Shown here: piece after piece, positions 19,901-28,715 of the stretch
How the letters are laid out: every line of letters starts with the position of its first letter
Numbering within the stretch: the stretch's first letter is position 1
Translations under genes and position numbers: made by a program
Source of the DNA: Minisyncoccota bacterium
GTDB lineage: Bacteria > Patescibacteriota > Minisyncoccia > Phycocordibacterales > JABAAK01
Direction: 5' to 3'
NCBI GenBank assembly: GCA_965222235.1
Contig: OZ244939.1
Coordinates: 493,942 to 557,941 of the forward strand
Length of the DNA stretch: 64,000 nucleotides
The notes under the pieces: model-generated
Told to the model about the DNA's origin: nothing
Databases searched by the model: none
What the model saw: only the letters and a program-made list of their open reading frames with translations

Positions 19901-20629
19901 ACTGAAAAGACCATCACGATAGGTCTTGATCTTGACAGTATTGGTGAGCGAGATAGAGATCACGCAGGTTTGTACCTGACAGCAGGTAAGATCTATGTTG
20001 AGTGGGAAGGTAAGGAGAGTGACCGTGAACAGATAACCGAGTACGACATACCGTCATCTGACTTTGCTAAAGCGGTTGTGTTCCCGAATACTATTTCGGT
20101 GAATGCAAATGCAAACAGCAATGACAATCTGAAGAATGGTAGCAACAAAAAGATCTATGAGTTCAGCGTGACTAACGGAGGCACTGGAGATGCATATCTC
20201 AGACAGGTTGGCCTTGACTTCTCAATATCGGCCGGAGTAACACTTACAAAGGTTACGATTCACAGAGGAACAAGCGCAAGCAATCCCGAGGTAACTGCGT
20301 CACAGACCATTACATCAGGACCGAATAAGAAGTTTGAGTTTACCAGAGCTGAAGAAGTGGAGGGTAAGAAAACACTTCGCTACTCTGTGTACGCCACCAT
20401 TGCCGGTGTAGGCACAGACGATTCGCTCGTAACTGAGTTGTCAATTGACTCTGAAACAGCCAGCCCGGTAGTTGGTCAGGAGTTCGCAACCATCAAGGGT
20501 GGTAAAAACTTTGTATGGTCTCCGAACACCTACGACAAGGATGGCGCGAAAACCGACAATGCAGACTGGTTCAGCGGATGGGGTATCTTTGATGACGGAG
20601 ATGTTGACGACTGGTCACTGAATAAGTAA
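16940..20629 (+). CDS. large secreted acidic cell-surface protein with N-terminal coiled coil and peptidoglycan-binding-like domain
   Basis: Signal peptide, a heptad-like repeat (LQAQLAALTAQLAALEG) and a PG_binding_1-like segment (TIGSTGDDVRQLQRFLN...YGPATARAVSKFQ). A Pro-rich linker (PSPRPAPGTPRPPTYPETPRPTVP) follows, then ~900 aa of extremely Asp/Glu-rich beta-rich sequence. Confidence 0.6.
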   Translation: MKIANKLTVGLVSIAFVTSSVIAFSATTFAQDPVADLQAQLAALTAQLAALEGAPTVTTTSTGGSSNAACPYTWARNLTIGSTGDDVRQLQRFLNGNPQTQVATSGTGSPGNETSYYGPATARAVSKFQEMYAAQILTPLGLTKGTGGFYTSTRNHANNLCRVATQRAPSPRPAPGTPRPPTYPETPRPTVPTGDTLAVAAGKHPGDSFAVLGAQRVPFTSIVLTAGGSNVRVEGIRVKQFGLSSSDNFDSVALVDVNGVQIGSSRSLNSRDEALLGGNFVIPKNRSVTLAVVGNIADTVKTASQSGLQSGAVAGLEVVEISADTNVGGQFPIRGAAHVMSDSITLQKVEVDIDRAEGEVELNTDTEVTSIKIGFGGAADEEDGYLRSITLEQDGTADEDEVGDVEILIDGDEVEHSIVVDGDRYVINFDSPGVMIEENEDIEVSLQINTGTGAGETVRFILDDPADIYVVGSKYGYGLPIDTDANGDLAADDAGTGEEYTTIQAGEISGGKVGDFEDEITYGKDRVLGALEVEFEGEDIHMEDLTFSVTLDAEPYTDANDNAWVEAEEDEVRLSGLHLRIDGERVASADEDVEFKKTEGTDGLITKSVDFSDRFEVDVRGTREVLFEIVADLDEDWSNFDSSTIEFILTDVDEAEGEVSEDDYTANGKYFYPDLKFESVTIKGNLVDFNISNNGVDEVSYVHGAEDVVFATLEVDTDDAIDDIEINDLYISFEATVGANLRDLRDCRILDEGGKEIGDASSLKGSHVRFESDDSTANTTPVYDDNVRFRFDSGGYTVEAGKEIDLDIVCDIDDDANEDDTYQVLVRTATDIPNKDDGSRVRYEVGRDDFTFDFEDGDSDEIKVSGSGTLSVTTDSPSDDFVFAVATGKSGGADNVEVLEIDLEAEDEDIVIKAIYLAEVKIKGVAATKESLGNLIDTARFRLNKMVTARPGDFKEVDLDTDNDAETADEKVLALEFDNISGTIKAGTEKTITIGLDLDSIGERDRDHAGLYLTAGKIYVEWEGKESDREQITEYDIPSSDFAKAVVFPNTISVNANANSNDNLKNGSNKKIYEFSVTNGGTGDAYLRQVGLDFSISAGVTLTKVTIHRGTSASNPEVTASQTITSGPNKKFEFTRAEEVEGKKTLRYSVYATIAGVGTDDSLVTELSIDSETASPVVGQEFATIKGGKNFVWSPNTYDKDGAKTDNADWFSGWGIFDDGDVDDWSLNK

Positions 20630-20677
20630 CGACAGACCAATCTGAATATCTCTGCCTGAAAAGGTAGTAAGACACCA

Positions 20678-20710
20678 AGAGCACCCCGAAAGGGGTGCTC
20701 TTGGTTGTAT
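20678..20710 (+). terminator. rho-independent terminator hairpin
   Basis: agagcacccc-gaaa-ggggtgctct is a perfect 10-bp stem with a GAAA loop followed by ttggttgtatat, located 50 nt after the stop of the surface protein gene. Confidence 0.6.
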
Positions 20711-20717
20711 ATATCCA

Positions 20718-20768
20718 CCAGTATTACTTGGTATATGACAGGTGTTCTATTATTTGTTTGAACTTAGG
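20718..20768 (+). repeat. solo 51-bp copy of the IS30 transposase-proximal terminal repeat (IS remnant)
   Basis: ccagtattacttggtatatgacaggtgttctattatttgtttgaacttagg is identical to 11389-11439, the transposase-proximal end of the intact IS30 element. No transposase gene is adjacent to this copy. Confidence 0.8.
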
Positions 20769-20907
20769 CATCAGGATTTTGAAAAATGGGTCATATTGTG
20801 CTACTCTAGAAGCAAGGTCCAAAGACAGCGGGTATCCGAATACATACGGAGTAAAGCCTGCCGAGGTCACTCAATTTTTGCAGAGCCGGACCTTAAGCAC
20901 AAAAAAT

Positions 20908-21396
20908 ATGGCAATAACACGAACAAAGAAAGAATCTGTTGTTGAGAAAATAAAGAATATAATTTCAGATGCACACACTGTCGTTTTCGTCCGCTTTGAC
21001 GCGGTTACCTCGGAGGAGGTGAATACACTGCGCGGCGCGTGCGACACCGAGGAAGTGGGGTATCTGGTTGCCAAGAAAACACTGATAAAAAAAGCATGCG
21101 GAAAAGCGGATATTGACGGAGAGTTTCCCGTATTGGACGGAGAGATTGCCGTTGCATACGGCGCCGATATCCTCGCCCCCGCCCGGATTATGGGCGAACA
21201 GGGAAAGAAGCTGGGCGACCGCGTACACATTCTCGGCGGCATATTTGACGGAACATATGTGTCGCAGGAATACATGCAGTCCGTTGCTGACATCCCGCCG
21301 CTCAAAACGCTCTATGCCCAGTTCCTCATGGTCATCCGTGATCCGATACGGGGCTGCGCATCCGCACTCAGCCAGACTGCCGACAGGAAAGCATAA
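20908..21396 (+). CDS. rplJ: 50S ribosomal protein L10
   Basis: MAITRTKKESVVEKIKNIISDAHTVVFVRFDAVTSEEVNTLRGAC... is followed directly by rplL. Start taken at the in-frame ATG at 20908 within listed ORF 20695..21396. Confidence 0.85.
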   Translation: MAITRTKKESVVEKIKNIISDAHTVVFVRFDAVTSEEVNTLRGACDTEEVGYLVAKKTLIKKACGKADIDGEFPVLDGEIAVAYGADILAPARIMGEQGKKLGDRVHILGGIFDGTYVSQEYMQSVADIPPLKTLYAQFLMVIRDPIRGCASALSQTADRKA

Positions 21397-21417
21397 TATT
21401 CACCACCATCATTACAT

Positions 21418-21900
21418 ATGACAGAAGAAGAAAAAAACAAAACACAGACCGAAGAAACACAGACGGAAGCACCGGCCGAAGCTCCGAAAGAAAAAACACC
21501 CGACGAGCCGGAAAGCAAAGAAGTTGAAGTACCGGAAAAATTCAAGAGTATCGTCGGGGAGATAGAGAGTATGAGCGTGCTTGATCTTCATGAGCTGGTC
21601 AAAATATTTGAAAAGAAATTTGATGTCTCGGCAACCGCGGTTGCAGCGGCGCCTGCAGCGGCGGGAGACGGCGATGATGATTCAGGCGGCGGTCTGGTTA
21701 CCGTTACCCTTGAGGATGCCGGCGCGAACAAGATACAGGTCATCAAGATTGTGAAAGAAACCCTCGGTCTCGGCCTGAAGGAGGCGAAGGATATCGTTGA
21801 TGCGGCGCCGAAACCCCTGAAAGAGGGCATCGTACAGGATGAGGCGAACGAGCTGAAAGAGAAACTTGAAGGAGTCGGCGCGAAGATCAGCATCGGATAG
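21418..21900 (+). CDS. rplL: 50S ribosomal protein L7/L12 with a ~40-aa acidic N-terminal extension
   Basis: Canonical L12 C-terminal domain ([53 protein letters not shown]) with an Ala/Gly hinge. It is preceded by [38 protein letters not shown]. Confidence 0.9.
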   Translation: MTEEEKNKTQTEETQTEAPAEAPKEKTPDEPESKEVEVPEKFKSIVGEIESMSVLDLHELVKIFEKKFDVSATAVAAAPAAAGDGDDDSGGGLVTVTLEDAGANKIQVIKIVKETLGLGLKEAKDIVDAAPKPLKEGIVQDEANELKEKLEGVGAKISIG

Positions 21901-21922
21901 CGAACATATATTCTCAGCACCG

Positions 21923-21954
21923 GCACACAAAGCACCTTCGGGTGCTTTGTGTGC
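21923..21954 (+). terminator. hairpin after the rplJ-rplL operon
   Basis: gcacacaaagcacc-ttcg-ggtgctttgtgtgc is a 14-bp stem with a TTCG loop; the downstream T-tract is weak. Confidence 0.5.
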
Positions 21955-21968
21955 GTGTGATACAATGT

Positions 21969-22610
21969 ATGGATATGAACAATAAAGATCCGCTCAACAC
22001 CATCATCGGCGACCCGGTTCGCGTGAAAATGTTGCGGCTTTTTGCGCTCAATCAGGATACGATATATACCGTGAAGGAATTCATCAAAAGTCTCAAAAAA
22101 CGTGAGAATACGGTGAGGGAAACATTGCGCGACCTGGAAAAAGACGGCATCATTAAAAAGAAGAAAATACCGCAGACACGGAGAAAGAGCGAAGGTATCC
22201 GTGAAATGACGGGATACGGGTTTAATAAGCGGTATGCACATCAGAATATCCTGGAAAAAGTTATCAGAGAATCAATACCGACGGAACGGGACATGCTTGC
22301 GAAGAAGCTGTCGCGGGTCCCGGGCGTGCAGTGCGTCATTACCATGAATATATTTGTTGACACGCCGGATGTGCCGGCGGATGTCATCGTCGCCTCGTCG
22401 CAGAACAATGAACCGCTGCTGCAGGGGCTTGTCCGGGAAACAGAGAAGTCAATCGGCAGGGAGCTGCGCTGCGTGTTTATGACGGTCAATGACCTGGTGC
22501 ACCGTATTCAGGTCAATGATAAATTTATCAGGGATATACTGAACGGCCAGCACTCCGTTCATCTTGACCGTCCGGGCGTTTTCAGTAATTGGGCGGAGCG
22601 TGTCCTGTAG
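21969..22610 (+). CDS. hypothetical protein with winged-helix-like N-terminal region
   Basis: The segment LRLFALNQDTIYTVKEFIKSLKKRENTVRETLRDLEKDGIIKKK resembles a wHTH. Start moved downstream of the terminator hairpin; the exact start is uncertain. Confidence 0.35.
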   Translation: MDMNNKDPLNTIIGDPVRVKMLRLFALNQDTIYTVKEFIKSLKKRENTVRETLRDLEKDGIIKKKKIPQTRRKSEGIREMTGYGFNKRYAHQNILEKVIRESIPTERDMLAKKLSRVPGVQCVITMNIFVDTPDVPADVIVASSQNNEPLLQGLVRETEKSIGRELRCVFMTVNDLVHRIQVNDKFIRDILNGQHSVHLDRPGVFSNWAERVL

Positions 22611-22742
22611 CACGGCGCGGTCTCAGGACGTTTTTCACAGGTATTGACGGATGGAAAAGAACCCTGAAAAATAGCGGTATACTGTATTTGTAGCGGGCCG
22701 GACGGCTCTCTACGGAATTATTATAGATCTATAAGAATTAAT

Positions 22743-23420
22743 ATGGTAAATTTAGATTTTCTTTCAAATAGTGCGCGTGAACTGGTGGAGATTCCGTTTT
22801 ACGTGATACCGGAACTGATAATCGCAGTGGCCATCTTTGTCATAGGTTGGATTGTCGGATGGTTGGTGGAGCGGGTTGTTCATTCAGTATTTCGTGCGCT
22901 GCCGTTCTTCGATGAAGCATTGAAGAATATCGGACTGGAAGAAGTGCTGAAACGGGCAAATATCCGGGTTGATCTCGGAAAATTCTTCGGGGTGCTGCTG
23001 AAGGTGTTCATCATCTTCATCTTCCTCGTCGCCGCCCTGGAAGTTCTCGGACTGGAATCAGTTAACCAGTTCTTGACTGAACAGGTGCTTAATTACATTC
23101 CGAATATCGTCTCCGCAGCCCTGATTGTAGTGATCGGTCTCATCGCCGCGAACTTTGCCAGCAAATTTGTTGCCGGCTCCAGTCGGGCCGCCAAGGTTGA
23201 AGGAGGTGTTGCCGCGAAAATCACCCAGTGGGCGATTGTCGTTTTCTCCATCCTCATCGCTCTCGGTGAGCTCGGTATCGCCAATGAGATTATCCAGAGC
23301 ATGATTGTCGGCATCATTGCCGCACTCTCGCTCGGGATCGGTCTGGCATTCGGTTTGGGCGGTCAGCAGGTCGCTGCCGACTTCCTTAACCGACTGAGGA
23401 ATGACATTGAACGGGGATAG
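22743..23420 (+). CDS. membrane protein with repeated conserved TM-helix motifs (MscS-N-terminal-like)
   Basis: Four to five TM helices with an internal repeat pattern (IAVAIFVIGWIVGWLVERVV / ALIVVIGLIAANFASKFVAG / IVGIIAALSLGIGLAFGLGG). Confidence 0.4.
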   Translation: MVNLDFLSNSARELVEIPFYVIPELIIAVAIFVIGWIVGWLVERVVHSVFRALPFFDEALKNIGLEEVLKRANIRVDLGKFFGVLLKVFIIFIFLVAALEVLGLESVNQFLTEQVLNYIPNIVSAALIVVIGLIAANFASKFVAGSSRAAKVEGGVAAKITQWAIVVFSILIALGELGIANEIIQSMIVGIIAALSLGIGLAFGLGGQQVAADFLNRLRNDIERG

Positions 23421-23447
23421 CACTGAGAATCACCTGCTATGCAAAAT

Positions 23448-23475
23448 GCTCCGCGTTATGCGGGGCATTTTGTTG
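23448..23475 (+). terminator. putative rho-independent terminator
   Basis: gctccgcg-ttat-gcggggc forms a 7-bp stem with a G:U pair, followed by attttgttg. Confidence 0.35.
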
Positions 23476-23588
23476 TATATACCCAATACGCCACACTATT
23501 CAGCGGTGAATAGCATTGTGGAGTTCCTTCGATACCGTGACAGAATGGTGATATATTCTATATACCTGAACGATGATATACTGCCGGT

Positions 23589-25958
23589 ATGTATGATCAT
23601 AAGGATATAGAGAAGAGATGGCGGAAGCGCTGGGAGGAGGACAACACATATACCACCGATGACGATCCGGTGAAAAAGAAGTGCTATACGCTGGTGATGT
23701 TTCCGTATCCGTCCGGAGACGGGCTGCATGTCGGTCATGCGCGCATCTACATCGGTGCTGATATCTATGCCCGCCTGAAACGGATGCAGGGATACCGGGT
23801 ACTCCATCCTATGGGGTGGGATGCATTCGGTCTGCCGGCGGAGGAATACGCCATCAGGCACAAACAACATCCCCGGGAATCGGTCGAAAAGAATATAGCG
23901 ACATTCAAGGAGCAGTGCAGACACCTCGGACTGTCATATGACTGGGACCGGGAAATCAACACCACCGATCCCTCGTTCTATACCTGGACACAGTGGATTT
24001 TTCTCAAACTTTTCAAAAGGGGGCTGGCGTATGAGTCAAACGCACCGGTGAACTGGTGTCCGTCCTGCAAAACAGGCCTTGCCAATGAGGATCTGGAGGG
24101 GGGGCGCTGCGAGCGGTGCGGCTCGTCAGTGGAGCGCAGGTCAATCCGGCAGTGGGTCCTGCGGATCACGGACTATGCCGACCGCCTGCTGGATGATCTG
24201 AACTCGCTGCCCGGATGGTTTGATTCGGTGAAGGAGGTGCAGCGGAACTGGATCGGCAGAAGCGGGGGGTACACAATCCCTTTCACACTCCGGCCGGTCA
24301 ATACGACAATTGATATATTCACCACCCGACCGGACACACTCTACGGCTGCTCTTTCATCGCCCTCTCCCCGGAAAATCCGGTCATCGCCGCCCTGCTCCC
24401 CCATACGAAAAACAGGGAGGAGGCGGAGGCATACCGCACCCGGGCATTTACCGCCAAAGCGCAGGAGACGGAGAAGGAACAGACCGGTGTGCGGCTGCTG
24501 GGCATTCATGCACTGCATCCGATAACTAAAAAAGAGATTCCGGTATATATCGCGGATTTCGTACTCGGAGGATACGGCACCGGCACCCTATTCGGCTCAC
24601 CGGCGCATGACGAACGGGATTTCGCCTTTGCGAAACGGTACGACCTTCCCATTACGCAGGTAGTCGCCGGTACGGGCGACCTTCCGCTGACTGACACGAC
24701 TCCCGACGCGCCGCTGATGCATTCGGAGGAATACAACGGCATGCCGTCGGAGCGGGCGAAGCCGGTGCTCACTGATGCCGCCGGCGGAAAGAAAACGACG
24801 GCATACCGGCTGCAGGACTGGGTATTTTCCCGACAGCGGTACTGGGGCGAACCTATACCGCTCATCCATTGCGGGCAGTGCGGTATTGTACCCGTGCCCG
24901 AAGAGGATCTGCCGGTGGTCCTGCCGGACATTGATGCATATGAGCCGACCGGAACGGGCGAATCGCCGCTTGCCCTGGTGGAGGATTGGGTGAATGTTCC
25001 CTGTCCGTCCTGCGGGGCGCCGGGCAGGCGGGAGACGAACACCATGCCACAGTGGGCGGGGTCATCCTGGTACCATCTGCGGTATATTGATCCGCACAAC
25101 AACACCGAACTATGTGCAGCAGACCGGGAAAAGGAATGGATGCCGGTTGATATATACACCGGCGGCATGGAGCATGCAGCGCGGCATCTCATTTACGCCC
25201 GCTTCTGGCACAAGGTACTCAGGGACATCGGCGCGGTGAGCACGGATGAGCCGTACAGCAAGCTCAGAACGGTCGGTATCGTGCAGGCGGAAGGCGGCGG
25301 CAAAATGAGCAAGCGTCTCGGCAATGTTATCAATCCGATCTCCGTTGCCGACGCAGTCGGTACCGATGCACTGCGCATATATATTGCACACATTGCGCCG
25401 TTCTCTCAGACCGTGGCATGGGACAGCCGTGCCGTGGCCGGACCGAGACGGTTCCTTGAGCGTGTCTGCACGCTGCGGAAGCGCGTTCAGGACGGTGTGC
25501 CGGATCGGGAAACAGAGCAGCTGCAGCATCAGACGATTCGTTCAGTGGTCGGTGATATTGAGACGTACCGTTTTAACACGGCTGTCTCGGCGCTGATGAT
25601 TTTTGCCAAGGCGCTGTCAGAGGCGGATACCGTTTCCCGGGACAGCTATACCGTCCTCATACAGCTGCTCGCGCCGTTTGCGCCGTATCTCGCGGAGGAG
25701 CTGTGGAGCGGTATGGGGCATATCGGATCGGTACACCGCTCAGGGATGCCGGTCGGAGACGAAATGCTTGCCCGGAAGGATACAGTGGCTGTGGCCGTAC
25801 AGATTAAGGGCAAAACCAGGGGTACCGTCACGGTTCCCCGGGGGAGCGGACAGCTCCTGGTTAGGGAACAAATAGCCCAGAATAAGCGTTTGTCAGCCGC
25901 CACAGCAGATCTGTCGGTCAGGGCATATGTGGAGGACAGAATCATCAGTTTTGTGTGA
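23589..25958 (+). CDS. leuS: leucyl-tRNA synthetase
   Basis: HIGH-region PYPSGDGLHVGHARIY, KMSKS-type GKMSKRLGNVI, the CP1 editing region and a Zn-knuckle (CPSC...CERCG). Confidence 0.95.
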   Translation: MYDHKDIEKRWRKRWEEDNTYTTDDDPVKKKCYTLVMFPYPSGDGLHVGHARIYIGADIYARLKRMQGYRVLHPMGWDAFGLPAEEYAIRHKQHPRESVEKNIATFKEQCRHLGLSYDWDREINTTDPSFYTWTQWIFLKLFKRGLAYESNAPVNWCPSCKTGLANEDLEGGRCERCGSSVERRSIRQWVLRITDYADRLLDDLNSLPGWFDSVKEVQRNWIGRSGGYTIPFTLRPVNTTIDIFTTRPDTLYGCSFIALSPENPVIAALLPHTKNREEAEAYRTRAFTAKAQETEKEQTGVRLLGIHALHPITKKEIPVYIADFVLGGYGTGTLFGSPAHDERDFAFAKRYDLPITQVVAGTGDLPLTDTTPDAPLMHSEEYNGMPSERAKPVLTDAAGGKKTTAYRLQDWVFSRQRYWGEPIPLIHCGQCGIVPVPEEDLPVVLPDIDAYEPTGTGESPLALVEDWVNVPCPSCGAPGRRETNTMPQWAGSSWYHLRYIDPHNNTELCAADREKEWMPVDIYTGGMEHAARHLIYARFWHKVLRDIGAVSTDEPYSKLRTVGIVQAEGGGKMSKRLGNVINPISVADAVGTDALRIYIAHIAPFSQTVAWDSRAVAGPRRFLERVCTLRKRVQDGVPDRETEQLQHQTIRSVVGDIETYRFNTAVSALMIFAKALSEADTVSRDSYTVLIQLLAPFAPYLAEELWSGMGHIGSVHRSGMPVGDEMLARKDTVAVAVQIKGKTRGTVTVPRGSGQLLVREQIAQNKRLSAATADLSVRAYVEDRIISFV

Positions 25959-26109
25959 GAAACGAGCGGTTGGGCAGGAAACATTGAAAAATAAGGGTTT
26001 TATACCGTTTTTTCCGAAAAAAGTTGTGTATTATGAGGATTTGTTATAGTATATACTCATACAACCATATATAAACGAACCCCGGGTCTCACAGTCAGAC
26101 CCCCGATTT

Positions 26110-27144
26110 GTGTGGTTGTTATACACAGGTATGAAACTACAAATAAAAGAAATCGTAGACAAGTCCATGGAAGCGCTCACAAAACAGCAGCGTGAGGTTC
26201 TCACGTTGCGGTACGGGCTGAACGGCAGGAAGCGGCTGGTGCTGCAGGAAATAGCCGATGAATACTCGCTCACCAGGGAGCGTATCCGGCAGATAGAGGT
26301 AAGTGCTCTTGAGCGTCTGCGCCGGGATGACTGCATTCAGCTGCTTGCGGAGACCATTGAGCATCTTGAAAAGACGCTGTATGCCTGCGGCGGTATTGCC
26401 GACGAAGACAGCATATGCCTGTCCTGCAGCCTCGCGACCAGGGTTGAAAAGAAATATATACACCTTCTCCTGCACATCAGCGACACATTCCACCTCTCAG
26501 CGAAGACGGACAGTATGGAGCCGTACTGGTTCACCGATGCGGAGCGAAACAGGGCGGTGGGTGCCGTTATGGACGAGATGCATGACATGTTTGAAAAGAA
26601 CAGCGGTCTGGTGGTCAGCGAAGAGGAACTGCGGGACATGTTTGATGATGTCGCGAAAAAGCATGACGGTTCGCTGGACTGCATGAACACGATCAAGTTT
26701 TCCAAAAAGATTAAGAAAAATATACGCGATCAGTGGGGATCAAAAAAGAACCCCGAAATCTCACTGTCCCGTCTGGCGGGCTACATCCACATCGTGCTGC
26801 GCGAGGCGGGTGAGCCGCTGCATTTTAATGAAATCGCGAGGCGGGTCATTGAGATTAAAGGTGCGCCGTGCAATCCGGGCAGCTGTCATAACGAACTGGT
26901 GCGGTCCGATGACTTTACGCTCGTCGGCCGGGGACTGTACACCCTGAAACAGGCCGGCTACCAGTCCGGATCTATATATGATGTTATCATCGCCGCCATG
27001 AAAGAGCGGGGACCGATGCGCAAGGAGGAGATACTCAGGCATATAAGCGGGCAGCGACAGGTGAAACCCGAGTCGGTCATCCTGACGCTGTACAAGAAGA
27101 AGTTCAAAAAGAACGACGACGGCACCTACTATTTCATCACATAA
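26110..27144 (+). CDS. protein with N-terminal sigma-70 region-4-like HTH and C-terminal HARE-HTH-like winged helix
   Basis: N-terminus QQREVLTLRYGLNGRKRLVLQEIADEYSLTRERIRQIEVSALERLRR resembles sigma70 region 4. The C-terminus LAGYIHIVLREAGEPLHFNEIARRVIEI...FTLVGRGLYTL resembles the HARE-HTH of RNA polymerase delta. Start is ambiguous (26110 or 26131). Confidence 0.45.
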   Translation: MWLLYTGMKLQIKEIVDKSMEALTKQQREVLTLRYGLNGRKRLVLQEIADEYSLTRERIRQIEVSALERLRRDDCIQLLAETIEHLEKTLYACGGIADEDSICLSCSLATRVEKKYIHLLLHISDTFHLSAKTDSMEPYWFTDAERNRAVGAVMDEMHDMFEKNSGLVVSEEELRDMFDDVAKKHDGSLDCMNTIKFSKKIKKNIRDQWGSKKNPEISLSRLAGYIHIVLREAGEPLHFNEIARRVIEIKGAPCNPGSCHNELVRSDDFTLVGRGLYTLKQAGYQSGSIYDVIIAAMKERGPMRKEEILRHISGQRQVKPESVILTLYKKKFKKNDDGTYYFIT

Positions 27145-27197
27145 GCAAAAAATACGCAGGGTGTCGCTGTGCCGGCGGAGGGTGCGGTATACTGAAA

Positions 27198-28679
27198 GTG
27201 TTTACCGAAAATACCGTGTTCACTATATTCAGAGACAGTATCCATATTCCGTTCGCCAAGATTGGCTTCATGTCCCTATTTCTCGCCTACGGCTCCTGGA
27301 TTCTGTACAACATCATCACGCCGACCTACACGGTCAATGCGTTCTTTTCCAACCCGTCATCGTTTATCGCCCTGAAGTTTCTGGTGGTGTATCTGGCCTT
27401 TTCAACTGTTATCATTCTGCTTGTCGCTGCGGCGCTCTATGCCTACATTGAAATCGGCCGCTATAAACAGCAGGTCGCGTTTCTTTCCGAGAAACGGTCC
27501 CTTCTGGAAGTTCGCATGCCGGAGGACACACCGGAGACCCTGGCGGCCATGGAGGCGGTGCTGGAAATGATCTCGTACGGCACCGGAGAAGGGCTGTGGT
27601 TCCCGGTCTGGTGGAACGGGATGAAACGGCCGGTGTATTCCTTTGAGATTGTCTCCCGCGGCGGCGCGGTGTCATTCATCATTAACACGCGTGAAAGTCT
27701 TGTTGATGCGATTCGCTCCGCCATTTTCGCCTTCTATCCGAAAGCACAGGTGCTTGAAACAGATGAATATGCATATGATGTTGAATATACCGAGGAGACG
27801 CACAGCCTATTTTCATTTGAATGGAAGTTCTCAAAAGACGGCGCGCTGCCGATAAAGACATATGTTGAGTTTCAGCTGGAGAAAAGAAACAACCCCGGGG
27901 CATTGGAGAGAACGGATCTGCAGCGGCAGCCGTCGCCGCTCGTTGATCCGCTCGCGTCGCTCTATGATCTGCTCGGATCAATACGGGGAGATGAGCAGAT
28001 ATGGGTGCAGTATGTGTTCCGCACGCAGAAGTATGCCCGCCCGAAGGAAGGGGACGCGGACGATCCGACGGAGCAGGGATACTGGAAAAAACAGAAACTG
28101 CCGGAGGAAATTCAGGACGCTCTCATCGCGTTGGAGAAGAAAGCACGGGAAGCGGATAGTGATAATCCGGTGGTACTGACTGAATCGGAGAAGCGACTCC
28201 GGGAGATAGGGCCGCGACTCCGGGAGAAGCAGGCGCTTGAAGTCGGCATCCGGGTAGTGTACATAGCATCCAAGGAGCACTTCACACCCGTTCGTATAGC
28301 ACCCATGATCACGATATACAAACTGACAAACACCGGTGACAATTCGCTCATACCGCACAGCACGATACTTGACAATGTATACCAGATTCCCGCTCTTGAG
28401 CCGCCCAGAAAGGATAAGGACGCGGAGAAAAAGCTCCTCCTCCAGCTGTTCCGTGACCGTATGTTCTGGTTCGCCCCCGCGCTTTATGCGTACCAGGCAT
28501 CGGACGAGAGGCCGTTCTCAAAAAAACTGGGTGATCCGTCAAAGAAGCGAATCAGCACGGTGATGACGACCGAAACCCTCGCGACCATCTGTCATTTTCC
28601 GACAGTACATATTAAAACCCCGTCAGTACAGCGCGTACTCTCCACGGTCGTCGAGCCGCCGGAAAATCTGCCCGTGTAG
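27198..28679 (+). CDS. hypothetical membrane protein (two N-terminal TM helices, large soluble domain)
   Basis: TM helices at ~25-45 and ~60-85; no motif recognised in the remainder. Confidence 0.45.
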   Translation: MFTENTVFTIFRDSIHIPFAKIGFMSLFLAYGSWILYNIITPTYTVNAFFSNPSSFIALKFLVVYLAFSTVIILLVAAALYAYIEIGRYKQQVAFLSEKRSLLEVRMPEDTPETLAAMEAVLEMISYGTGEGLWFPVWWNGMKRPVYSFEIVSRGGAVSFIINTRESLVDAIRSAIFAFYPKAQVLETDEYAYDVEYTEETHSLFSFEWKFSKDGALPIKTYVEFQLEKRNNPGALERTDLQRQPSPLVDPLASLYDLLGSIRGDEQIWVQYVFRTQKYARPKEGDADDPTEQGYWKKQKLPEEIQDALIALEKKAREADSDNPVVLTESEKRLREIGPRLREKQALEVGIRVVYIASKEHFTPVRIAPMITIYKLTNTGDNSLIPHSTILDNVYQIPALEPPRKDKDAEKKLLLQLFRDRMFWFAPALYAYQASDERPFSKKLGDPSKKRISTVMTTETLATICHFPTVHIKTPSVQRVLSTVVEPPENLPV

Positions 28680-28715
28680 CGCATATGTAAGGTATACTGC
28701 ACACGATATGCATCT

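Noticed and set aside
23476-23588. T-box riboswitch leader upstream of leuS
   Set aside because: No T-box consensus (AATTAGGGTGGNACCGCG) or specifier-loop context is recognisable; only a weak hairpin is present.
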